NCBI GenBank assembly: GCA_965649765.1
Contig: OZ287751.1
Coordinates: forward strand, 72,602,001-72,666,000
Reading direction: 5' to 3'
Source: Bispira polyomma
Taxonomy: Eukaryota
DNA length: 64,000 nt
This document shows, in pieces, positions 37,401-49,400 of this stretch. The notes beneath the pieces are model-generated. The model ran no database searches, was not told the DNA's origin, and saw nothing but the letters and a program-made list of their open reading frames with translations. Position 1 is the first letter of the stretch, and each line of letters opens with the position of its first letter. The translations under genes and the position numbers were made by a program.

Positions 37401-40400
37401 TGGTACATACTAAATTTGCGGGTACCCGGTTTCGGAACAGTTAGACGCTAGCGATTATTCGGGCCGCTTTTTTTAGGGCCCGTCTCACCCTTATAAGTAA
37501 TAATAATTTGTAAGTTTGTGGATAGTGTATCACATAATGGATTGTGCATGTAATACACACTGTACTGTACAGCGAATATGTGGACATTGTAGATGTGAAG
37601 AGAATACATTGACAAGTGTGCATAGTAAGATGGATCAGAAAAATCAATACTTCTAGGATGTAGTTGCTGTGTTTTTTTGGGATATCAGGCCTTGAGTCCA
37701 GGCCCTTGACTTTTTTGTAGCTCATACATAACGTGGTGAACTTTTATGGAACTAAAGTGCAATTGTTTACAATACTTGTAGAACGGTGGCTATGATGGTT
37801 CCAGATTATGCTATGATCGGTGAGATTTCCCTCTACTCCTTCGGCTTTATGGATGCCCGAAACTTGGCGGTGAAGATTGTCACCACCTACCGTCTGTGCT
37901 CTGAGCAGTTGTCCTCACAGTTTCACTACGATTACGGCATGAGAGCCGTGAAGGCTGTGTTGTCAGCCGCAGGAAACCTCAAGCTCAAGTACCAGTCTGA
38001 AAACGAGAACATTCTGGTAAGAAAAGCCTTTCATGTTATATGTCTATAGTGCTTTGTTTGCTTGAAGAAGAACTTCAGTGAAGACTTCAGTGAAGTTTTA
38101 TATTGCTTTCAACAGCTTAGGTCATATCAAAAAGGCCAGATTGTGGAAGGAACCTGTGCTGAAGCTATGTACACCAGTGGCCTAAGGCGAGTACCTCACA
38201 AACTTTCCCACAACAAGGTGGAAATAAGATTCAAACCTATATTGTATTCTGTACTGTATGATTTTAGGTTTGATTGTGATTTTGCATTAAATTGTGTCGA
38301 GTGTTTTATGTAATACTTAAGACAACCACAAAACTATGTGAATGGTTTGATGAATTTCTGTTTCACCTACAGATTATAAACACACTAGTTCACACCACTG
38401 TACTATTGCCTTGTCTCTCTCCTTATCAGTTGCTGCGTTCCATCATTGACGTCAACTTACCAAAGTTTCTGGCCCACGACATCCCACTGTTCAATGGGAT
38501 TATCTCTGATCTGTTCCCCGGGGTAGACCTACCCAAGGCAGACTACTCGGTGTTCCTGAATGCCGTACAGGAAGTGTGTGAAAAGAACAACCTCCAGGCC
38601 GTGGAATTCTTCAAGGAGAAGATCATACAGATGTTTGAGATGATGATAGTAAGACACGGGTAAGAACCAAGTATTTAAAGCAATGTATGTCGGTTTAAAT
38701 TACAATGTTTATGAGGACAAATAATAGAAAAACATATCGAGTCAGGAATCTAAAATTGACCACTGTATCTGAAATTTCGCCACCCCTAAAATTTAAGCCA
38801 AATCAATAAAAAGTGGCGAAAAATAATTGTAATTCAGGTAAGTATGGAAAAATAGTCGCAAAAATCTTAATTTAGGAAAATATTACCTGCAATTCTACGC
38901 AAAACACTGCATTTTCTAGGTGGCGAACCCGAGCGGAAAAGGGTATACACTGTGTTGGGAGCCCAGATTTCCAAACTTAACAAGTTAGAGTTATCCGTAA
39001 AACTCCACAACAGATAATGAAACCCAAATACTCCTTTAGTACAATGTCATTGATACACTCTCAATCTCCTTTCCTTAATTGATTTTCCTTCTCCTTTCAG
39101 TATGTCTGATTGTGGGTATATTCTGTTATATGTTGCACTCAGTATGACCCCCCCTTACTTTGTTATCCTTTCCTTAATTTGATTTATTTTGATCACATGA
39201 TAGATTATGCTGCGTTAGAATTGAGGTGATTTGCTTAACATGTACATATAGTACTTTGACCAATATACACATCATTTTAGTAGTCATTTTTGTTGGCGGA
39301 AGAATTTTACCTGATCTTAACCTTGTAAAGTTCTAATAATTATTTCAGTGTAATTTTTGTTAAAATATGGTGCCACATAGCAACACTGACAGACAACTGT
39401 ACAGCCTCTAGGTTGTAGTTTTCAGTTATCTGAGTATAGCATTCCCTCAACTTAAGTTATACAGCAGAAACTCTATTACCTGGACTTCTATCTTCTCCCA
39501 ACATATATTCAAATAATAGAGATTTCAGTCTTACTACTAGTGTTTGACTCTGTTACCTATGTCCTATACATGTAATGCTTTCTTTTACCTAGCTTTATGT
39601 TGGTGGGTGAACCGTTTGGCAGTAAGACTTGCGTGATCCACACGATGGCTGAAGCCATGAGCATACTAGCTTCACGGGGTAATGAGGAGTTTGAGAAAGT
39701 CATCTACAAAACCATTAACCCCAAGTCTATCACCATGGGCCAGCTGTATGGTCAGTTTGACCCTGTGTCACACGAGGTAAGGTCATTGCGACTGTAGCTA
39801 GCTGAATTATTGTAGGTTATGTCATGGCGATTGTAGCTAGCTAAATTTTTATAGGTAATTGCATTGCAACTGTAACTAGCTAAATTATTGTAGGGTAATG
39901 TCATGGCAATTGTAGCTAGCTGAATTGTTGTAGTGACACCTCACAAAAACGTTTATGTGTGGCAAAGTGATGTAGAACTATCGGAAAACCAATCTATTGT
40001 ACAAATACATATAGAATTTTACGATGTGTACACTTAGTGGCAATTAAAAGACAACTTTCTGGTAGACTAATGAACAAGCCTGAGCCACTAATAACGTAAA
40101 GATATCGGTAATTGTGAATGAAGTACAATATTTAAATCAACTAAAGGTTCGTATTCCAAAGCATAGACCTCCCCATGGTGTTTGTTGAATAGACTGGTTC
40201 CCATAAATTCTTTACAAGGTGTTAAGTTCTGGTTTCTATAATTCAGTGGTCAGATGGAGTGGTAGCCAATACTTTCCGTGAGTTTGCGTCCACTGACACC
40301 CCGGACCGTAAGTGGGTGATCTTTGATGGCCCTGTAGACGCTGTGTGGATTGAGAACATGAATACAGTACTGGACGACAACAAGAAACTGTGTCTGATGA

Positions 40401-43400
40401 GTGGGGAGGTCATCCAGATGTCCAATGTCATGAGTCTCATCTTTGAAACCATGGATCTCTCCCAGGCCTCCGTAAGTGCAACAACCTTAAACTCAATTCA
40501 TGAGTAGCATATTATAATCTAAATAATACACCTAATATTTAAATTGATGTATAGTTTAATTATGTGCTAATTTTAATTATTTATTACGCAATTTGTTTTT
40601 GCATTTTTTTTTTTTTTTTTTTTTTTTTCCCAAGAATTTTGAGAAGATTTAAAGAAATTAAGCATATAGCAGTGTGTTATATTGTAGAAAAACACACATA
40701 CAAAGAAGGAATCAATATTAAAGTATTGTACATCACTAGAAACAGGAAGATTTCAGCATAATGTTGTGATTTATATTTTGTCAATTATATTATAAACTGG
40801 ATTAATTTTAGAAAAGTGTTTGAGTAACACTCTTCTAAAAAGAAAGATAGTCTTTGTATTCTGCGTTTTCATGAAATAAAAAACCTTTTTGAAAAAATAA
40901 TTTGTGGAAAGTTATCTACATGTTTTCTATAGTAGGGGTACTTTACTTCTGTAGCAATTACTTATATAGTCAATGTTCCAAAATCCGGTCCATTCCAATT
41001 TCCGGTCTAAACATTTTTAACATCACAATTAAGATAATTTACAAATAAAAATGCTGAAACAAATTTTGTAACTTTTAAAGAGAAATGTTGATTAATTTAA
41101 ATACACATTTTGGCGAGAGATAGATGGTCTCCAATGTGTACAACTGCTATAATATAAAAGACGTACACCACGTTTTTAATAGACTGGAAAGGGGTACCAC
41201 CATCATTCCAGTATTACTTTCATCTTGTAGCCTGCCACTGTAAGTAGATGTGGGATGATGTAACTAGAGCCCACCACTTGTATTTACCTGTATTGCCTAT
41301 ATTTACTTGTATTTATATGAGTGTATTACCTTGTAGCCGGCCACTGTAAGTAGATGTGGGATGATGTAACTATAGAGCCCACTACCTGTATTTACCTGTA
41401 TTACCTATATTTACTTGTATTTACCTGTATTTACTTGTATTTACCTGTATTCCCTTATAGCCGGCCACTGTAAGCAGATGTGGGATGATCTACCTGGAGC
41501 CCACTACTCTGGGCTGGCGTCCTATCATGAAGTCCTGGATCCACGCTCTGCCTCAGGCTTTGACTAAGGAGAATGGAGAACTGATAGAAGCCATGCTGGA
41601 GTGGCTGGTGGATCCCTGCCTCACCTTTGTCAGGAAGCACTGCAAGGTTGGTGTGATTCGGTGTCAGTTAATAGAAAAATAAACAGTTAAAGAAGTAGTG
41701 AAGCTTATCAGGAAATACTCCAATGTTTGTTGTGCTTCTGTGTTATCTGGTGCACAACAGTAATATGATGAAGATTTGTAAGGGAAATACTGCTAAATTT
41801 TAGAATTCACTGGCGGCCATATTGAAAAGTAGTTTTCAATGTGAAAGATAAAAATATTCTGGCTCATTAAATATGGAATTTGGGATGGGTCCCCATAGCT
41901 ACTATCGCAGCATAAGTGTTTAGTGTTATTCTGAAAATTAAGTGTCTACACAATGTATTCATATGCCAAAATCCAACATTGTCTAGTGAATTCTAAATTT
42001 GTCCTGGAAATATAACAAGATATGTGCTATTATATCACCTAATGCACATTGTTAACGTATGGTAAATATTATAGTAAAAGCTATAAATATTAAGCTTCAC
42101 CTTTTCTCAACATTAAAGTGGTATAGTTGCCGTACATGTAACTTATTATACACTGATTTTCCTATATTATCAGTGTTTTACAGGAATACGTGTTAGCAGG
42201 AGATTCTAACCTGGTGCGCTCTCTCATGTGCATGGTGGAGTTACTGATTTACCTGTAGTATCAGTTCTGTGTTACAAGAATATGTGTCAGCCGGACATTC
42301 TTACCTGGTGTGCTCTCTCATGTACATGGTGGAGTTACTGATTTACCTGTAGTATCAGTTCTGTGTTACAAAAATATGTGTCAGCCGGACATTCTAACCT
42401 GGTGCGCTCTCTCATGTACATGGTGGAGTTACTGATTTACCTATAGTATCAGTTCTGTGTTACAGGAATACGTAGCAGCAGGACATTCCAACCTGGTGCG
42501 CTCTCTGATGTACATGGTGGAGTTACTGATGACTGAACCCTGTGAGAAGGAGGACGTCGCTGAAAATAGACACCTCAGGACCTGGCTCATTGTATGTAGC
42601 TTTTATAGACTTCCCACTCTTTCAGCTTCTTCTATTTGTTGTTTTCAATTAATCATCAAGGTTTATTTTCTTTGTGTTCATGTTTGGCAGGAAATGGGCA
42701 CACTTGTCTGTGTGGTTTTTACAAAAGGGGTAAGCCGAGACTTTGTCTTAGATCTGGTATACTTTTTGCTAGAGTTAGGACAATGTCTAGCCAAAGCCCT
42801 TTTGTGAATACCTCCCCTGGTTGTTGTGTGTACCACGTGCTTACAGGGAGTCTTGATCTTGATATTTGGTTGTGTAGTTTTACAGATATTGTGCGTCAGC
42901 ATTTTAGCTTTAATCATGGTATCATGTCTATTGTTTACATATTAATAAGTCAAAATATTTGGTAAGAAAAACTGTTCAGTGAGGATTCGGTAGATCAAAA
43001 CTGTGGTGTTATTGTGGGCCTTCAGGTGGTGTAGTGCTAATACACTTGCCTCTAGGCTCTACCGCCGTGGGTTTGAATTTAGTTTCTGGGATGTATGTAG
43101 GATAGTTGGCAGTAGACTTGCTGAAGGTTGGTGCTTCACAATATAGAAAACCTTTACCAACTACCCTGTATTGATTTCATTCACCAGTGAACTGCCCATT
43201 GTGATGCAACAAATATATGTTAAAATGTCATTATTATCGCCTTAATATTGCATCAAAATTCTATGCATTGTCTACACAAGGACTATTAGAGCTTTGGAGG
43301 CCCAATAGTTTTCTATGCCTGCTTTAATATTACTAGCCTCTCACCTCGAAGTATGATGGTTTTGACTCCCACTGCTTCCTTCATACGTAAGTTTGCAAGT

Positions 43401-46400
43401 ACTTGCTGGAAATCAGTGGTTTGGAGTATACAGTTAAACCTGCTCCAGAGACCACCTCTATATATAGAGAGAGACCACATCTGTATAGAGACCACAGTTT
43501 TATTTCCCAAAGACTAATTTTTAATAACATTTAACCTCTGTATAGCGACCACTTGTCAATAAAGACAAACTTTTGAGGGTTCCCTTTGATGGTATTTATT
43601 TACAACCATTTTAACTGTAAATAATATTGGCTCTCTTCTAGCAATATGACCAAAGGTGTTGCAAGTGACGTAAATCTCAAACAAAGTTAGATAAATCAAT
43701 ACGCCAGGACAATTTTTGGTGTTTTTTCAGGCAGCCGTTTACTTCTCAGTTCCCTGGTCTATTGGAGCAGTACTAGATGTTAAATAAATCAATACACAAG
43801 GACTATTTTGGGTATTTTCTATTTGGTTGTTTACTTCTTAGTTCCCTGGTCTTTGGGAGCAGTACTAGACGTTAAGTAAATCAATACACAGTTACTATTT
43901 TTGGTGTTTTTTAGGCAGCCGTTTACTTCTCAGTTCCCTGGTCTATTGGAGCAGTACTATATGTTAAATAAATCAATACACAGTTACTATTTTTTTGTGT
44001 TTTCAAGGCAGCCATTTACTTCTGAGTTCCCTGGTCTCTGGGAGCAGTACTAGATGTTAAGTAAATCAATACACAGATACTATTTTTGGTGTTTTCCAGG
44101 CAGCCGTTTACTTCTCAGTTCCCTGGTCTATCGGAGCAATTCTAGACGTTGACAGTAGGGAGAAGTTCAATGTTTTCTTTAGGGATTTACTAGTAGGCAA
44201 GGATGAGGAGAACCCACAGCCCAAAATACTGGGCAAAGTTGAATGTGGATGGCCAGACTCTGGACTAGTGTATGACTATATGTATGAGGTGAGTGCTACA
44301 TGGACAATAGACTGGTGTATGACTTTATGTATGAGGTAAATGCTACATAGACACTGGACTGGTGTATGACTACATGTATGAGGTGAGTGCTACATTGACA
44401 CTGGACTAGTGTATGACTACATGTATGAGGTGAGTGCTACATTGACACTGGACTGGTGTATGACTGTATGTATGAGGTGAGTGCTACACAGACAATGGGT
44501 GAAGACGATTCATACCGTGTTTCAAATCATGTTAATTTTTTTGTAGATGCTGATTTGTTTATATCAAGTCATTAGGACCAAGGACTTTTTGTAATTTTAG
44601 AACTAGATAATTTAGACTGCTAGACATCCTATGATAATTCACTGTTGATACAGTTCACAAAACTTACTATATTTGACACTGAATAAATCTTTAGGGTGGA
44701 CTGGCATGTTATGCAGATTGCATTGATGTTGTGTTGTAGTCAGATTAAGTTTCTATATCGTGAAGAAAAGGCTTAAAGAAAAAGCTGTTCTAGAAGTAAA
44801 ACTTAATACTCTGTAATTCGGTTAATTTGGAATGTTTTACTCTTAATGCAGTTCCCATGTTTTATACTGAATAAAGCGCAATGGCAGTCAGTGTTCATTC
44901 TAGGGTGCGTATCATGCGGGATTGCCCGAATTTTAATTGCAAAACACAAGATGAGTTATGGTATGCGACTACCAATACCCAGATAAAAAACAGTAAAGGC
45001 ATTTTTATTGTTTCAATGTGTAAGCGATATACAGGGTTAGAAGTCCACATGTACTGCAACGTTTTAAAGCAATAGTTACCTTCTATCGGCTTTATTTTAT
45101 AACATTTCCTTTGATCGCAGATTCTGCCATTTTGTAAACAAAACAACTAAATATCTCCCTGTGCGCAGCTTCTAAAATATTAAACTACAGTCACTCTTTT
45201 CTACATTTTCATTGGTTCGTAATCTAGGAGTTGTCCGGTGATAAGCAATTAGCGGCTAGCTTTCTTCTAGCAAATCGCAAGCGACACCTAGCGAGTGTGA
45301 GCATTGTTACTACAAAGAACCAGCATGGCATAATAATACAGTGTATAATTTATTCAAACCCTAGCAACCATAAAAGGGAAGTTTTCGTTTTTTGTATTGC
45401 ACATCAAATGCATATATCATACAATATAATATGGTGGGGTCTACTTTTAATATTCTTTATAAGAATATATGCTATTTACTGAGTGGAATTGGTCTGTATT
45501 TTGCAAGTTGATTAATTGCTTAATTGTCCGACCGATTATAGAACTGCAATCGATTATTCACATAAGTATATATTTTTTTATTGTTAAGTTACCCATCCTG
45601 CCATTCCGGGCCGAATATATTGTGAGCCGGTAAGAATTTGGTCATATTCAAACGTTTGACATTTAGTATCAACCGCTAACCTGTATAACTTCCAGTAAAC
45701 ATGGCGGTAAACGTGTCCCCCATGTAAACTTACAATGCCCTAGTTTTTCAGTGACAGTGGGGGGGTGCCCCCATATTTTCAACTTCCTAGAATAGACACT
45801 GGCAGTTGATTTTAATCCTATGTCAAGTATGTTGAGGTCGCATTAACTGTATTTTATGAGCATTGCGGTGCCTTAAACTGGATAAAATCATACTTGTCCT
45901 CCCGTAAGCAAACAGTTATTATCAACAGCGTAAAAAGTGATCCAGTTACGTTAGAATGTTGTGTACCGCAAGGTTCAATCTTGGGGCCAGAGCTGTATTG
46001 TGACTACACCCAGCCTCTTGGAAATTTGATACGTACACTCAATTTTGGTTATCACCTATATGCTGATGATACACAGTTGCAAATATCTGTATGCCCTCGA
46101 GTAAAAGAAGACCAGTCATCAGCTAAAGCTTTGATGGAATCAGGAATAGTAGAGATAAGCCAGTGGATGTACCATAACAAATTAAAGTTGAATGAAGACA
46201 AGACAGAATTCATTGTTTTTGGGACATCAAATCAACTTAGACACCTTAATGTTGACTCATTACAGCTTGGTCAAGATACCATTCGCAGGGCTGCCACAGT
46301 GAGGAACCTAGGAGTTCTCATGGACAGCCAACTGAGCATGAAAAACCATGTTGCAAATGTCACCAAGATCTGTTACCTAAATATAAGACAAATATATAAG

Positions 46401-49400
46401 ATCAGAAGATTTCTCACAATAAAGGCAGCCAAGTAACTTGTACAAGCGGTAATAATATCTAAGTTAGATTATTGCAACACACTTCTTTTCGGGATTAGCA
46501 AAGAACAACTGTACAAACTTCAGCGTGTTCAGAACACAGTAGCAAGATTGGTAATGCGACAAACAAAATACTCGTCAGTAAAACAAAGTCTGAAGCATCT
46601 CCACTGGCTCCCAATAGAACAAAGAATCAAATACAGTGTGTTACTGAATGTTTTCAAAGCTCTTCATGGACTGTCTCCTGACTACCTCACAGAGCTCATT
46701 ACACCTTACACCACTCAACGAACTCTGCGTTCTTAGGATAAAAATTTGCTCTACCAGCCAAAATATCAGTTAGAAACTTGTGGGAGAAGAAGTTTTGCTG
46801 TTGCCGGTCCAAAACTCTGGAATGAACTTCCTCTCTCTTTTAGGAAAATAGACAACATTGAGCTTTTCAAAAAACAATTGAAAACTCATCTTTTTCGTAA
46901 TGCATATATGTAACGTCATCTAGCTTAAATGATTACTCCTCTACAGGACACTGTATTTCTATTTAATAATAATATGTATGTCTGTAAAGCGCTATGGGTT
47001 TGTTATGTACATAGAATAGCGCTATATAAATGTTCGTTAATAAAATAAAATAAATAAATAAATTAACATATGTACATATTCACCTTGTGTTATTTAGCAA
47101 AAAGCACGTGGTCAGTGGAAGCATTGGAATGATTTTATAAAAGGTCACGCAGTGTCTCTTACTCAGAAGATACAGAACATACTCGTACCAACCATGGACA
47201 CTGTCAGGTGAGGAGGTCAAGGCTATGAAGAATACTTAACCTCTCAAGTTTGTGTGTCTCTGTCATTAATGCTTTTGTGCCAAGAATATGTGTATGTGCG
47301 TCAAATTTAAATGGCTTAAAGTAAACAAGTAGGAATATTAATTGTCTTTTAAGTATAAATTTGTCAAGTTTGCATAAAAAGGCGCTGGCAATAGTGTTGG
47401 TCACACTCATCACTCATCACTTGAGTTAAGAATAGTGATGTCCTTTTTGTACCATTAATTTAATAGTAAAATGTACATGAAAGTAGTGTTCTATATTATA
47501 GATGTATATTCAAGTGTGACACCTTACCTCCATGTTCCTGCCTGGTGAATCTATTGATCACTTTATTCAGCAGTGACACACTCTTTGTGTTGTACATGTA
47601 CTATTTGACCAGTACACAATATGTTCATACAATAGACGACACATATGGGTACAAAACTAAATTATTTGCGCGAGAGTATGTTCATATAATCAAATATTCA
47701 GATAACGGAAGTTTGGATAATAGATAATACAGTAGAACCTCTATTATCTAAACTTCGATTTGAACTCCATTTCACTCTCCCACAGTTGTATCTTTCTATT
47801 GTTTCCTCTTTGCATGATTATGCCAATGCTTATTGGCATAATTATGTTTTCCTGGAGAAAGAAGGAGATAGTGGAAGACCCTTGGTTACGCATGGTTACA
47901 ACGTGTCAACAGGGTAATCTCTGAATCTGTAGGGATTTGTGCTTTTATATTTGGTATATATACACTCTTTTGTCTCTAGTTGGTCCAAAATTAATTTGGT
48001 GTGATTATGTGCAGTATAGTAGAAGTTATTCGAGTTTTATATATTGGGAGCCTCAGATTTGATTGAAGGGTCTATTACCGCCCATTTCAAATGGTTTCAA
48101 AAGGAATATATATACAGTATATGACAAACATTACGTTTGGGAACATATATAACATTTTTATACATACTTTGGTTGATTGGTGGTTGTGGTTGTAAGGAAT
48201 ATAAAATTTGCCACCATCTAAAATTCACCACCTAGAAAATGTTGTGTTTTGGGTAGAATTGTGGTTAATATTTGCTTCAATTGATATTTTTATGACTAAT
48301 TTTTGCCTTCCTTACCAGTTATTTTTTCCAGTTTTTATTTATTTGGCTTAAATTTTAGGGGTGGCGAATTTTAGATACAGGAGTAAATTTTAGATTCCTT
48401 ACTGTAACAAGCTGAGGAAAAAAATATTGTGAACTTAAAATATTGCGTACAGGTTTACTGGACTATTTTAAAGAATAAAACTTACAGAAGCTATATGTCT
48501 CACAATATGAACAAGATTAGAGTGGTCAGTAACTTGCTTTTAGTGGCATTATCATGATATGGCCACCAGGCCATTCTCCTCTTGTTTATTTTATATGAAC
48601 ATTCTATTATCCAAACTGATTAAAAATCTTCCAAGGTGTATGGATAAGAAAATGGTTCAACTGTACTAGGTCTCTACTGTGTGGCGACTCTATGTCCACA
48701 TGTCTGGCCCTGTATTTTAGGTACACCTTTCTGATGGACCTGTGTCTTAAGTATGAGCGGCCCATCCTATTTGTGGGACCCACGGGTACGGGCAAGTCTG
48801 CTTATGTCCAGCAGAATCTGATGAACAACCTTCCCAAGGACAAGTACATGCCCAACTTTGTAAACTTTTCTGCTCAGACCAGCGCCAACCAGACACAGGT
48901 AAGGGGGGTGTGGGTGAAAGCCAAACTTTTCACGTAGAGTCAAGAGTATCCCTCTAGTATTTAACCGACAATACCTTTGTTAGGGCCGAGGTGGTCTAGT
49001 GGGTAGAAGCACCTGCTTCACAATTACTGGCCTCTCAACCAATATGGGTTTGAGAACTCTGTTTCTTCTCTCATGTTGGAAATTTTGTCAGGTACTTGCC
49101 GTAGGTCAAAGCTTTATAGTGCTGCAGCCCTGGTTTCTTTCACTTTTAAATCTGGCTTTTAGGATATGACCTTGGTTCAAACCCAACCTGGGGTGACCAG
49201 GTACGGGCAGATACATAGTCGTTTGGATAACCACTTAAAATGGTCGTCCTCTGTCATTGGGTTCTATCCCCAGTGGCAGGGATGATAACATGCATAACCC
49301 TGTAGTGGAACCTATATCATCCGACCTTCTATTATCCAAATATTTGATTTTGTTAACTCAGTTTCACTCTCCCAAACTTATTTTTTACTATTGTTTAATT

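Noticed and set aside
45894-46913. Active or domesticated reverse transcriptase responsible for the junction arrays
   Set aside because: 5'-truncated with two in-frame stops; nothing links it to the arrays, whose units include intron sequence and lack poly(A) tails or TSDs.
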